Below are positions 28,037 through 37,931 of a DNA stretch of 64,000 nucleotides, in pieces. Every line of letters begins with the position of its first letter. The first letter of the stretch is position 1. The notes below the pieces were generated by a model that was not told the DNA's origin, made no database searches, and was given only the letters and a program-made list of their open reading frames with translations. The position numbers and the translations under genes were made by a program. This DNA is from an uncultured Propionibacteriaceae bacterium (lineage in GTDB: Bacteria; Actinomycetota; Actinomycetes; Propionibacteriales; Propionibacteriaceae), in assembly GCA_964435735.1 (NCBI GenBank), contig CAYSZZ010000015.1:5002-69001 (forward strand). The letters are read 5' to 3'.

Positions 28037-29872
28037 CTACTTCTTGTCGGACTTGGTTTCGGCAGTGGAGAGGGCGGCGACGAAGGCTTCCTGAGGCACC
28101 TCGACCCGGCCGACCATCTTCATCCGCTTCTTCCCTTCCTTCTGCTTCTCCAGCAGCTTTCGCTTGCGGCTGATGTCGCCGCCATAGCACTTGGCCAGCA
28201 CGTCCTTGCGCATCGCACGGACGGTCTCGCGGGCGATCACCCGCGCGCCGATGGCGGCCTGGATCGGTACTTCGAACTGCTGTCTGGGAATCAGTTCCTT
28301 CAGCTTCTTGGCCATCGCAACGCCGTAGCTGTAGGCAGCATCGGTGTGGACGATCGAGCTGAAGGCGTCCACCGGCTCACCATGCAGCAGGATGTCGACC
28401 TTCACCAGCTTGGCAGCCTGTTCGCCGGCCTCGTCGTAGTCCAGCGAGGCGTACCCCTTCGTCCGGCTCTTCAGCGCGTCGAAGAAGTCGAAGACGATCT
28501 CGGCCAGCGGCAGCAGATAGCGGATCTCGACCCGGTCCTCGCTGAGGTAGTCCATCCCGATCTGCACCCCGCGACGGCTCTGGCACAACTCCATCACCGT
28601 GCCGATGAACTCGGTGGGGGTGAGGATGGTGGCCCGCACCACCGGCTCGTACACCTCGGCGATCTTGCCGTCGGGGTACTCCGACGGATTGGTCACCTCG
28701 TGCTCGGTGCCGTCCTCCATGACCACCCGGTAGACCACGTTGGGGGCGGTGGAGATCAGATCCAGATTGAACTCGCGCTCGAGTCGCTCCCGGACGATCT
28801 CCATGTGCAGCAGACCCAGGAAGCCCACGCGGAAGCCGAAGCCCAACGCCCCGGAGGTCTCCGGCTCGTACACCAGCGCGGCGTCGTTGAGCTGCAGCTT
28901 GTCCAGTGCTTCGCGGAGTTCGGGGAAGTCGGCGCCGTCGATCGGGTAGAGGCCGGCGTACACCATGGGGTGCGGCTGGCGATACCCGCCCAGGCTGGTG
29001 GTGGCCGGACGCGAGGCCACGGTCACCGTGTCACCGACGCGGGACTGCCGCACCTCCTTCACGCCCGTGATCAGGTAGCCGACCTCGCCCACCCCCAGCG
29101 CCGGGGACTTGATCGGCTCGGGCGAGATCACCCCGACCTCCAGGGTTTCGTGGGCTGCCCTGGTCGACATCATCAGGACGCGCTCGCGGTGGTTCAGCTC
29201 ACCGTCGATCACCCGGACGTAGGTCACCACTCCCCGGTAGGTGTCGTAGACCGAGTCGAAGATCAGCGCTCGGGCGGGCGCGCTCGGGTCTCCCACCGGG
29301 TGGGGAATGTCGGCGACGATGTGGTCGAGCAACTCCCGGACGCCCTCGCCGGTCTTGGCCGACACCTGGAAGACATCGGACGGCTCACAGCCCACCAGGT
29401 GCGCGATCTCGGCCGCGTACTTCTCCGGCTGAGCGCTGGGCAGGTCGATCTTGTTCAGCACCGGGACGATGTGGAGATCGGCCTCCAGCGCCAGGTAGAG
29501 GTTGGCGAGGGTCTGGGCCTCGATCCCCTGGGCCGCGTCGATCAGCAGAATCGCGCCCTCGCAGGCGGCCAGCGAGCGGGAGACCTCGTAGGTGAAGTCG
29601 ACATGGCCGGGGGTGTCGATCATGTTCAGGACGTAGTCGGTGTCCCCCTTGCGCCAGGGCATTCGCACGGCCTGGGACTTGATCGTGATTCCACGTTCGC
29701 GTTCGATGTCCATCCGATCCAGGTACTGGGCCCGCATCGAACGCTCGTCCACAACACCGGTCAACTGCAGCATTCGATCGGCCAGCGTCGACTTGCCGTG
29801 GTCGATGTGGGCGATGATGCAGAAGTTGCGGATGATCTCCGGCGGCGTCGCGCCGGGGCGTGGTGCGGGCAT
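28037..29872 (-). CDS. lepA: Translation elongation factor 4
   Basis: [50 protein letters not shown]; ATG 29872 after AGGAAA (alternative GTG 29902). Confidence 0.97.
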   Translation of the reverse strand: MPAPRPGATPPEIIRNFCIIAHIDHGKSTLADRMLQLTGVVDERSMRAQYLDRMDIERERGITIKSQAVRMPWRKGDTDYVLNMIDTPGHVDFTYEVSRSLAACEGAILLIDAAQGIEAQTLANLYLALEADLHIVPVLNKIDLPSAQPEKYAAEIAHLVGCEPSDVFQVSAKTGEGVRELLDHIVADIPHPVGDPSAPARALIFDSVYDTYRGVVTYVRVIDGELNHRERVLMMSTRAAHETLEVGVISPEPIKSPALGVGEVGYLITGVKEVRQSRVGDTVTVASRPATTSLGGYRQPHPMVYAGLYPIDGADFPELREALDKLQLNDAALVYEPETSGALGFGFRVGFLGLLHMEIVRERLEREFNLDLISTAPNVVYRVVMEDGTEHEVTNPSEYPDGKIAEVYEPVVRATILTPTEFIGTVMELCQSRRGVQIGMDYLSEDRVEIRYLLPLAEIVFDFFDALKSRTKGYASLDYDEAGEQAAKLVKVDILLHGEPVDAFSSIVHTDAAYSYGVAMAKKLKELIPRQQFEVPIQAAIGARVIARETVRAMRKDVLAKCYGGDISRKRKLLEKQKEGKKRMKMVGRVEVPQEAFVAALSTAETKSDKK

Positions 29873-30065
29873 GCGGCTTTCCTGGTTGGGGACCGACGAC
29901 ACACCTTATCGTGTCGCACTCACCGGCTTGCGCCGCCTCCGCGACTGGACGTGGGCGGGAGCGGCCCGCCCAACTTGGTGCGCACCCGGGGCCTTTGATA
30001 GAGTCGGTGGTCGCGTCCGTGTCCGGATGCCACCAGCACGATCACCGACCAAGAAGGCAAGCCCT

Positions 30066-30326
30066 GTGGCGAACATCAAGTCCCAGAAGAAGCGGATTCT
30101 CACCAACGAGAAGTCTCGGCTCCGCAACAAGGCTGTGAAGTCCTCGCTGCGCACCCACGTGCGCCGATTCAACGAGGCCGTCGCCGCGGGTGACACCGAG
30201 AAGGCGCAGGAGTACGCGAAGGCCGCGACCCGCCAGCTCGACAAGGCCGCCTCCAAGGGCGTCATCCACAAGAACCAGGCCGCGAACCGCAAGTCGGCGA
30301 TCGCCAGCAAGGCCGCCGCTCTCTGA
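30066..30326 (+). CDS. rpsT: 30S ribosomal protein S20
   Basis: [16 protein letters not shown]...[20 protein letters not shown], 86 aa from GTG 30066; divergent from lepA. Confidence 0.97.
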   Translation: MANIKSQKKRILTNEKSRLRNKAVKSSLRTHVRRFNEAVAAGDTEKAQEYAKAATRQLDKAASKGVIHKNQAANRKSAIASKAAAL

Positions 30327-30340
30327 CGCCGCAGTTACCG

Positions 30341-30365
30341 ACGCCGTCCTTCGGGGCGGCGTTTT
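30341..30365 (+). terminator. Intrinsic terminator after rpsT
   Basis: ACGCCGTCC-TTCG-GGGCGGCGT stem followed by a short T run. Confidence 0.75.
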
Positions 30366-30482
30366 GGCGTTCCCGCCCGGGGAGCTTCGTGGCCTGACGG
30401 CCGGACTCCCGACCAGGGGTGGCAGCCGCAGACCCGACCCCTCAGCATGACCCCGATCGCCTGACCCTTCCGAGCGATCCGC

Positions 30483-31451
30483 TCAACCTCGGCCGCGACA
30501 GCCGATCACGCTCAGCACCATCTGTTCCAGAGCGAAACCGGCATCGCTGCTGGCACCCTTCACCTGGGCGTCGGCCCGCGCCACCGCCCCGATCGCGCGC
30601 GCGACACCGACCGCGCGCCATTGCCGGGCCAATGGACCCAGGGACTTCAGCTTCCATGGCGGGACGCCGATCCGCTGAGCGATCTGCGCGTCACGCAGAC
30701 CCTCGTCGCGCGCGTCCAGATACCTGCCGAGTTCGCGCAGGTTGGCGGCCAGGGCCGCGGTGACCTGTGGTGGGCCGACCCCGGTGGACAGCGCCCAGCG
30801 CAGTTTTTCCAGCGCGGGGCCGGTCTGGCCGGAGAGGGCATCGGTGGCGATCTCGTAGCTGCGCACCTCCGCCCGGCCACCGAAGTAGCGCCGCACCGCC
30901 GACTCGGTCAGTGACTGGCCCTCGGAGTCATCGATGAGTTGGCGGACGGCCGAGGCCAGCGCGTTCAGGTCGGCGCCAACCGCGTTGACCAGCACTTCCG
31001 CCGTCGGCTTCTCCATCCGGCCGCCGGCCCGCCGCACTTCGGCGATCACGAACTGGGGCAACTCCCAGGCCTTCAGCGACGGGCACTCCACCGAGCGGAG
31101 GCCGGCCTTGCGCAGCCGGTCGAGCACTGCCTTGCCCTTCACCCCCCCGGGATGGACGAGCGCCATTGCCAGATCAGGCCCTGGCCGGGAGGCGGTTTCG
31201 ACCAGCACATCCGCCACCTCGGCCGGCAACTCCGGCAGGTCCTCGATCACCACCACGCTGGCGTCGGCGAACAGCGATCCGCCGGTGACCTCGGCCAGCC
31301 CGCCGACGGTGAGGTCGCCCGCCGACACCCGGCTGACCGCCGCATCGGGACGCTTCGCGAGCGCGGCCGTGGTCAGTTCGGCTACCGCCCGCCCGGCCAG
31401 CAGCGACTCCGGTCCGATGACGAGCAGAGCACTGCCGAAAGGTGATTCCAC
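30483..31451 (-). CDS. holA: DNA polymerase III delta subunit
   Basis: LLVIGPESLLAGRA, GGSLFAD, HPGGVKGK, GVPPWK, DAQVKG; conserved position next to rpsT. Confidence 0.9.
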   Translation of the reverse strand: MESPFGSALLVIGPESLLAGRAVAELTTAALAKRPDAAVSRVSAGDLTVGGLAEVTGGSLFADASVVVIEDLPELPAEVADVLVETASRPGPDLAMALVHPGGVKGKAVLDRLRKAGLRSVECPSLKAWELPQFVIAEVRRAGGRMEKPTAEVLVNAVGADLNALASAVRQLIDDSEGQSLTESAVRRYFGGRAEVRSYEIATDALSGQTGPALEKLRWALSTGVGPPQVTAALAANLRELGRYLDARDEGLRDAQIAQRIGVPPWKLKSLGPLARQWRAVGVARAIGAVARADAQVKGASSDAGFALEQMVLSVIGCRGRG

Positions 31452-31489
31452 GGGCTACAGCATGCCAGTGGGCGCCGACATCCGTCCGC

Positions 31490-32524
31490 TCAACCCAGCA
31501 GGCTGAGTCCGAACCAGACCGCCGGCAGGCTCAGCACCGCGACCGAGATCACCACGAACCAGAAGTGGTCGCGAAGGATGGCCAGGTACTCCCGGATGGT
31601 CGCGCTCGGCCAGTAGTACTCGGCCGTCGGCGCCCCAAGAACGTAGCCCGCCACGCCCGCCTTGCGCATCATCATGGCCGACCGGAATGCGTGGAAGTTG
31701 TTGGTCACGACCGCCACCGGCCCGGTGACACCCCGCTCGGCGAGCAGGACGGCGGTGTTGGCCAGGTTCTCTCCGGTGGTGCGCGATTCGGTCTCGGTGA
31801 GGATCGCCGCCTCGGGCACGCCGTGCTCCCGCAGGTATTCCGCCATGGCCTCGGCCTCGGAGCGGGGCTCGTCCTCCCCCTGCCCACCAGAGGTGACGAT
31901 GACCGGACGCCCTCCGGCGGCGATCGCCGCCTCGTAGGCCTGGCAGGCCCGGTCGAGCCGACTGGCCAGCAGCGGCGGCACGTCGCCGTCGATCAACCCG
32001 GACCCCAGCGCGACGACCGCCGCCACCTGGCGACCCTCGCGTCGCGTGATCGCCTGGTACACCGCCGAGTACAGCAGATAGGCCAGGAATCCGTAGGAGA
32101 GGAAACCGAACGGCAGGCTGACCAGCACCACCCCCAGCACCAGTATGAGGGAGTCGGTGGCGAGCGAGGCGGAGACCGCGGCCGCCACTGCCGCGATCGC
32201 ACCCAGGATCGCCAGGCCCAGCAGGAACGACAGTAGGTTCGACAGCCGCCGTCCCTCCCGGCGCACCATGGTGAGCCCGTTCAGGACCAGCATCACCGCG
32301 ACCAGCACCACCATGGCGACGATCAGGATCAGCACGGCGAGCAGGGTCCAGGCCCCGGCCACGTCCGAACGTTCGGAAGCCGCGGCACCGAGCGCCCCGA
32401 TCAGCCGGAGCATCAGGCCGGCAATGGCGCCGAACAGGAAGACCGCACAGCGCATCGATCGTGGGTCGCGCACGTAGCTGAGCACGAACAGCACCGCGAA
32501 GATGCCCGTCAGCCCGAATTCCAT
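31490..32524 (-). CDS. YdcF/ElyC/SanA (DUF218) membrane protein
   Basis: N-terminal TMs, then VVALGSGL, PPLLASRLD, SGGQGEDE, ESRTTGEN, VVTNNFH. Confidence 0.85.
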   Translation of the reverse strand: MEFGLTGIFAVLFVLSYVRDPRSMRCAVFLFGAIAGLMLRLIGALGAAASERSDVAGAWTLLAVLILIVAMVVLVAVMLVLNGLTMVRREGRRLSNLLSFLLGLAILGAIAAVAAAVSASLATDSLILVLGVVLVSLPFGFLSYGFLAYLLYSAVYQAITRREGRQVAAVVALGSGLIDGDVPPLLASRLDRACQAYEAAIAAGGRPVIVTSGGQGEDEPRSEAEAMAEYLREHGVPEAAILTETESRTTGENLANTAVLLAERGVTGPVAVVTNNFHAFRSAMMMRKAGVAGYVLGAPTAEYYWPSATIREYLAILRDHFWFVVISVAVLSLPAVWFGLSLLG

Positions 32525-32642
32525 CCGCGTTTCCCCTCAGCAACCAGTCGTGCCGGTGAGCCTAGCCCGTCGCTCTCAACCCACCGCGCGGCCAGACACT
32601 AGGATTCGGGGAACGACATCATCCAGCGCCAGGAGGCTATCG

Positions 32643-33647
32643 GTGGCACGACAAAGCCGCGAACCCAATATCGCCGATGTCGCCGCGCTCGCCGGGGTCT
32701 CCCCCACCACCGTCTCCCGCGTCCTCAACAACCGCGGATACCTCAGCCAGGCCACCAAGGACAAGGTCGCCGCGGCCATGACGGAGCTTCACTACCGTCC
32801 CAACGAGGTGGCGCGCGCGCTGCTCGGCCAGCGCACCCGGATCGTCGGCGTCATCCTGCCCACCGTCTCGCTGCCCTTCTTCGGAGAAGTGGCGGTCTCG
32901 CTGGAGCATGCGCTGGCCGAACGCGGCTACCGGACGCTCCTGTGCAACAGTCTGGACCGCAGCGAGATCGAGCGCGACTACCTGCTACAGCTGGAAGGCA
33001 ACCGGGTGGACGGCCTGATCTCCGGGGCGCACAACGACACCATTCCCGAGTACGCCACCACCCGACTACCGGTGGTCACCATCGACCGCGAGCTGGCCGG
33101 TCACATCCCCAACGTACGGGCCGACAACGCCACCGGCGGACGGTTGGCCACCGAGTTGCTGTTGCGTCGCGGCTGTCGCCGTCCGGCACTGTTCACCTCG
33201 ACCTCCGGCCCTCGCAACCTACGCGAGGCGGGCTATCGCGCCGTGCTGGCCGAGGCCGGTGTCGAGCCGGCGGTCGTCACGGTGAGGTTCGGTACCCCCG
33301 AGCCGGAACGCACCCAGTTGATCGACGCCGCCCTGGACGAGCTCAGCGCCGACATCGACGGCGTCTTCGCCACCGATGACCTGACGGCCTGCGCGGTGGT
33401 GGATTGGGCTCGTCGAATCGGACGGAAGGTCCCGGACGACCTGCGGGTGGTGGGCTTCGACGGCACCACCGCGATCCGTGCTGCCGCACCCTGGCTGAGC
33501 ACCGTTCAGCAACCGATCCGGCAGATCTGCCGGGCCGCGGTGGACGTCCTGCTGGAGCGCATCGAAGCCGGCTCCAGGAACGACGAAAGACCCGTCGTCG
33601 CCCCGATGGAGTTACCGGTCACCCTGCTCGAGGGCGCCACCACCTAA
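32643..33647 (+). CDS. scrR: LacI-family repressor of the sucrose cluster (ScrR-like)
   Basis: IADVAALAGVSPTTVSRVLNNRGYLS, NRVDGLI, DDLRVVGFDG; AGGAGG RBS at 32631-32636; adjacent to scrA/scrB. Confidence 0.85.
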   Translation: MARQSREPNIADVAALAGVSPTTVSRVLNNRGYLSQATKDKVAAAMTELHYRPNEVARALLGQRTRIVGVILPTVSLPFFGEVAVSLEHALAERGYRTLLCNSLDRSEIERDYLLQLEGNRVDGLISGAHNDTIPEYATTRLPVVTIDRELAGHIPNVRADNATGGRLATELLLRRGCRRPALFTSTSGPRNLREAGYRAVLAEAGVEPAVVTVRFGTPEPERTQLIDAALDELSADIDGVFATDDLTACAVVDWARRIGRKVPDDLRVVGFDGTTAIRAAAPWLSTVQQPIRQICRAAVDVLLERIEAGSRNDERPVVAPMELPVTLLEGATT

Positions 33648-33672
33648 GGACAACGACGGGTCGTCTCGTCAA

Positions 33673-35637
33673 TCAGACCGGTTCGGCTGCCGGGACGACC
33701 GCCACGAGGAACTGGTCGCCGGCGGCAACCGGGCCGACGGCCGCGGAGTCGATCCGCTCGTAGGCCGTGGCGTTGGTGATCACCACCGGCGTGGTGGTGT
33801 CGAAGCCGGCCGCCGCGACGGCCGCCAGGTCGACCTCAGCCAACGGGTCACCGCGACGGACGCGCTGCCCGACCTTGACCTCGGGACGGAAGTGCTTGCC
33901 ATCCAGTTGCACGGTGTCCATGCCGATGTGGATGAGGATCTCCACCCCGCTCGCCGAGCGCAGACCATAGGCATGTCCGGTCGGGAAGGCGACGACCACC
34001 TCGCCGTCGAACGGGGCGACCACGCGTCCGCTGGTGGGGACGATCGCGGCACCGGGGCCGAGCATTCCGCCAGAGAACATCGGATCCTTCACGTCCGCGA
34101 GTGCGATCGCCTCGCCGGCCAGGGGTGCCGTGACCGTGAAGTCGGTGGCATTGCCGGCCAGAGCCGCCGCGGCAGCGGCGTTCTCCACGGCCTCTTCCTC
34201 GATCGTCTCGTCGACATGGGTACCCGCGATCGAGGCACGTCCCTTGCTGCGGGCGTAGACCGTGCCGACGCCGAAGGCGAGCCCGAAAGTGACCAGCGCG
34301 CTGACGATGAACATCGGAATGTCGATCGGGTCGATCGAGACGAAGCCGATCAGGCCGGCGGCGCCGAGCGCCACGGCCCGGACGTCGAAGATGCTGATCA
34401 GCGCCGAACCGACGGCTGCCGCGCCGATGGCGATGAAGAACGGCCAGCGCAGCCGCAGGTTCACCCCGAAGATCGCCGGCTCGGTGATGCCCATCAGGGC
34501 CGAAGCCGAGGCGGCGCCCGCCATGCCCTTGAGCTTGGCGTCACGGCTCGCCAGGAAGACCGCGAGGGTGGCGGCACCCTGAGCGATGTTCGCCATCGAG
34601 GCCACCGGGAAGATGAACGAACCCGGACCGCCCGGCGGCAGCAGCGTCAGCTCCAATGCCGGGAAGCTCTGGTGCAGGCCGGTGACCACGATCGGCGAAT
34701 AGACCAGGCCGAACACCAGACCGCCGATGAAGCCGGTGGACTCGTACAGCCACAGCAGGCCGAACGAGATCGCATCGGAGAGCTGTCGGGTCAGCGGGCC
34801 GACCAGCATGAAGGTCAGGAAGCCAGTGACCAGGATGGTGACCAGCGGGGTGAGCAGGAAGTCGGTGGTCCCCTTGAACCACTTGCGCAACTGCTTCTCG
34901 ATGGTGGCCAGCAGGAAGCTGACGAACAGCACTGGGATCACCTGGCCCTGATAGCCAGCCTGGGCGACCGCGATACCGAAGATGTTCCAGAACTCCATCG
35001 TCCCGTCGGCGATCGCCGCGGCAACCCCCCAGCCGTTGACCAGATTCGGCATCACCATCGCCGCGCCCATGGTCGCGCCGAGGTACGGGTTGCCGCCGAA
35101 CCGCTTGGTGGCCGAGAAGCCGATCAGTACCGGCAGGAAGGCGAACGGCGCCGACGCCAGCAGGTTGACCAGCGCCGCGACGTCGGTGATCCCCGGCCAG
35201 CGGTCGACCAGCGACTCCGGTCCGAACAGCCCGCGCGCGGTCAGCACGTTGTTCAACGCCATCAGCAGGCCGCCGGCGACCAGCGCCGGCAGGACCGGGA
35301 CGAAGATGTCGGCGACCATCTTGATGAAGCGGGTGAAGAGGTTGCCCTGTTGTGCGGCCTCCTGGGCGGCCTCGGCCTTGCTGGCCTCCTTCACCCCGGA
35401 GGCGATCAGCTTGTCGTAGACGATGTCGACGTCGCCGGGGCCGACGATGATCTGGAACATGCCCCCGGCGGAGAAGGTGCCCTTGATGTCGGTGTCATTG
35501 TCGAGCGTGGTCTGGTCGACCTTCTCCTGGTCGTTCAGCACCAGGCGCAGCCGGGTCGCGCAGTGCGCGGCTGCGGAGATGTTGTCGGGGCCGCCGACGG
35601 CATCGAGCACCGTCCGGGCGACGCGGCTGTGATCCAT
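33673..35637 (-). CDS. scrA: Sucrose-type PTS EIIBCA
   Basis: AHCATRLR (IIB Cys), GLHQSF, GITEPAIFGVNL, IIA motif ILIHIGMDTV. Confidence 0.9.
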   Translation of the reverse strand: MDHSRVARTVLDAVGGPDNISAAAHCATRLRLVLNDQEKVDQTTLDNDTDIKGTFSAGGMFQIIVGPGDVDIVYDKLIASGVKEASKAEAAQEAAQQGNLFTRFIKMVADIFVPVLPALVAGGLLMALNNVLTARGLFGPESLVDRWPGITDVAALVNLLASAPFAFLPVLIGFSATKRFGGNPYLGATMGAAMVMPNLVNGWGVAAAIADGTMEFWNIFGIAVAQAGYQGQVIPVLFVSFLLATIEKQLRKWFKGTTDFLLTPLVTILVTGFLTFMLVGPLTRQLSDAISFGLLWLYESTGFIGGLVFGLVYSPIVVTGLHQSFPALELTLLPPGGPGSFIFPVASMANIAQGAATLAVFLASRDAKLKGMAGAASASALMGITEPAIFGVNLRLRWPFFIAIGAAAVGSALISIFDVRAVALGAAGLIGFVSIDPIDIPMFIVSALVTFGLAFGVGTVYARSKGRASIAGTHVDETIEEEAVENAAAAAALAGNATDFTVTAPLAGEAIALADVKDPMFSGGMLGPGAAIVPTSGRVVAPFDGEVVVAFPTGHAYGLRSASGVEILIHIGMDTVQLDGKHFRPEVKVGQRVRRGDPLAEVDLAAVAAAGFDTTTPVVITNATAYERIDSAAVGPVAAGDQFLVAVVPAAEPV

Positions 35638-35695
35638 GCGGGATGTTCCTCCTCGAACTGAGCCACTCCGTGAAGCGGGTGATTGCGGAATAGTC

Positions 35696-35711
35696 TGTCA
35701 ATCGTTTGACA
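35696..35711. promoter_or_regulatory. ScrR-type LacI operator in the scrA promoter
   Basis: TGTCAATCGTTTGACA, CG-centred near-palindrome between a perfect TTGACA -35 (35716-35721, minus) and a CAGACT -10 candidate. Confidence 0.75.
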
Positions 35712-35758
35712 GATATGTCAAGGGATGGACAGCCTCACTCTCGGACGCCCGTTGCCAC

Positions 35759-37225
35759 TCATTCCAGGACGGTGACCGCTGCCGTCGCCACGACCGCATC
35801 GCCAGCGAGGGCGACGCCGAATCCGTCCGGATCCAGGTAGCTGCGCAGGCTGAAGACGGTGTGCCCCCCGGCCACGAAGATCTCGGTCACCGACCGGTCG
35901 TGGACGACGGTGACGTCGAGCCGATCGAGGTCCGGGACGGCGAGCCGGCGGACGTCCCCGTGCGGGTAGCGGGTGGCGCTCCGGTCGACGGTGAGCGCGC
36001 CCCGCTCGAAGGACAGCCCGACCTGGGCCCCGTCGGACTTGCCGAGACGCAGGCTCCAGGGGCCGGACTGGTCGACGGCGAGGTCGAGGACGAACGAGCG
36101 GACTCCGTCCAACTCGGGCACGGGATGGGACGAACCTGCCAGATTCGTTCCGGCGATGGCGACCGGCTTCGGCTCCCCGGCGACCCGGCGGGGCTGCTGG
36201 TGGAGTCGCCCGCCACGCAGGGTGAGATCCCGCGGGACGCTCAGCGCGTGCACCCAGCCGTGGTCGGCCAGGGAGGGCTGGGAGTCCTCCGAAGCATTGC
36301 CCAGCCACCCGACCAGTAGCGGTGGCTGCTCGGGCTCGCCGGGCGCGACGGTGAAGACCTGGGGTGCGTAGAACTCGAACCCACTGTCCAGTTCGGTGAA
36401 CTCGCCGGTCGGGTTGAAGGTGGTGCCGTCGAGATGCCCGACCAGGTAGCCGCAGGCGAAGATGTTGCGGAACTCGTCGCCTCGCGAGTCGATGCCCTGG
36501 GGACAGAGGATCAGGATGTCGAATTCCTCACCGGTATCGGCATCGGCGAGCCGCAGCAGGTTGGGGCACTCCCACATGTAGCCGAAGGCGGCGTAGCGGT
36601 CGTCGGGGACGGCCAACTCCCCCACCAGCCGCCAGTCGACCAGATCCTCGCCGCGATAGACCAGGATGCAGCCGGTGTTGTCCGCCCGCTGCGCACCGAG
36701 ATACATCGCGAACCCGTCGCGGTCGGGCACCACGTAGGGATCGCGGAGGTGCGCGGTGTAGCCGGCGGGAGGGCCGGAGACCAGCGGGTTGGCATCCAGC
36801 TTGGCGAAGGTCCGGAAGTCGGTGGTGACGACCGCGCACTGGTACGCCTCGCGGCGGCCCTGGTCGTCCTTGACGTTTCCGGTGTAGTGCAGCCAGACCT
36901 CACCGTCGCGCACCACCGCGCCACCGGAGTACACGCCGTTGCGGTCGTACCAGTCGGACGGCGGGATCGCCGGAGCATGGGTGCGCCAGTCGACCAGGTC
37001 GGTCGAACTGGCGTGCCCCCAGTAGATCGCCTTCTCCCGTGGGAAGAACGGCCCGAACTGATAGAAGACGTGGTAGAGCCCGTCGATCACCACCAGCCCG
37101 TTGGGGTCGTTCAGCCGGCCGACCGGCGGTGCGACATGGAAGCGGGGATAGTCGGGATCGAGACTCGCCCGGGACTCGTCGATGGCCCGCTGCGCCGCGT
37201 CGATGGATTCCTCTCGGAGCGTCAC
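35759..37225 (-). CDS. scrB: Sucrose-6-phosphate hydrolase (GH32)
   Basis: LNDPNG, WGHASS, YSGGA, RDP, MWECP, FYAPQ; TAGGCT-N6-GTG. Confidence 0.92.
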   Translation of the reverse strand: MTLREESIDAAQRAIDESRASLDPDYPRFHVAPPVGRLNDPNGLVVIDGLYHVFYQFGPFFPREKAIYWGHASSTDLVDWRTHAPAIPPSDWYDRNGVYSGGAVVRDGEVWLHYTGNVKDDQGRREAYQCAVVTTDFRTFAKLDANPLVSGPPAGYTAHLRDPYVVPDRDGFAMYLGAQRADNTGCILVYRGEDLVDWRLVGELAVPDDRYAAFGYMWECPNLLRLADADTGEEFDILILCPQGIDSRGDEFRNIFACGYLVGHLDGTTFNPTGEFTELDSGFEFYAPQVFTVAPGEPEQPPLLVGWLGNASEDSQPSLADHGWVHALSVPRDLTLRGGRLHQQPRRVAGEPKPVAIAGTNLAGSSHPVPELDGVRSFVLDLAVDQSGPWSLRLGKSDGAQVGLSFERGALTVDRSATRYPHGDVRRLAVPDLDRLDVTVVHDRSVTEIFVAGGHTVFSLRSYLDPDGFGVALAGDAVVATAAVTVLE

Positions 37226-37244
37226 GCGGGGAGCCTAACAGACC

Positions 37245-37260
37245 TGCCATACCTTTGACA
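37245..37260 (-). promoter_or_regulatory. Second, degenerate ScrR-type operator upstream of scrB
   Basis: TGTCAAAGGTATGGCA, 12/16 identical to the scrA operator read on the same strand, overlapping the expected -35 region. Confidence 0.5.
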
Positions 37261-37287
37261 CTAGGGATGGACGCCTCTCGGATCGCC

Positions 37288-37863
37288 TCAGGCCGGGCGC
37301 CTTCCCGCGGCGGCGTCGCGAACGATCCGCTCGATCCGGGCCGCCCTGGTCTCGGGTCTCCTGGCCATGGCGATCGCGGTGAGCGCCGCCTTGCGGACCC
37401 CGGGCGGCCACGAGTCCCAGGCCGTCCGTGCCTCAGGAACTGCATTCAGCGCCGCGGTGAGCTCCGGCGGTTCCACCCCGGCCTCGGGCCCGTCCAGGAG
37501 GGTCCACATGCCGTTCGCCCTGGCGAGGTCGATCAGCCGCTGACCCTCGGGACGCATCCGCCCCTCGGCCACGAGTCTCTCGACGCGGGCCTTGTTCGTG
37601 GCCGCCCACGCGCTGGTCGGGGACCGCGGCGCGAACCACAACATGGACCGCTCGTCGTCGAGTGGTTTGGCCTGACCGTCGATCCAGCCGAAGCACAATG
37701 CCTCGAGGATGGCGTCGTCGTAGGTGATCCGCGAACGTCCGGTGGTGGGGCGCCAGAGCACCATCCACACGCCGTCGCAACCGTCGGCATTGGCCTCCAG
37801 CCACGCGCGCCACTGGCCGACGGTCTCGATCGGCACGTGCTGCGCGGCATCCATCTTGCCCAC
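37288..37863 (-). CDS. YdeI/OmpD-associated family protein
   Basis: WRAWLEAN, EALCFGWIDG, FAPRSPTSAWAATNKARVERL, ARRPETRAARI. Confidence 0.85.
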   Translation of the reverse strand: MGKMDAAQHVPIETVGQWRAWLEANADGCDGVWMVLWRPTTGRSRITYDDAILEALCFGWIDGQAKPLDDERSMLWFAPRSPTSAWAATNKARVERLVAEGRMRPEGQRLIDLARANGMWTLLDGPEAGVEPPELTAALNAVPEARTAWDSWPPGVRKAALTAIAMARRPETRAARIERIVRDAAAGRRPA

Positions 37864-37931
37864 CTGAAGACCCTACTCGGTGGCCCTTCGCGGCGGCTCG
37901 GTCTCAGATCGTAGGTGAGGCTCGGCGCTGC

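Noticed and set aside
26777-29998. 1073-aa plus-strand ORF
   Set aside because: Antisense shadow of lepA/hemW; no motifs; expected in high-GC DNA.
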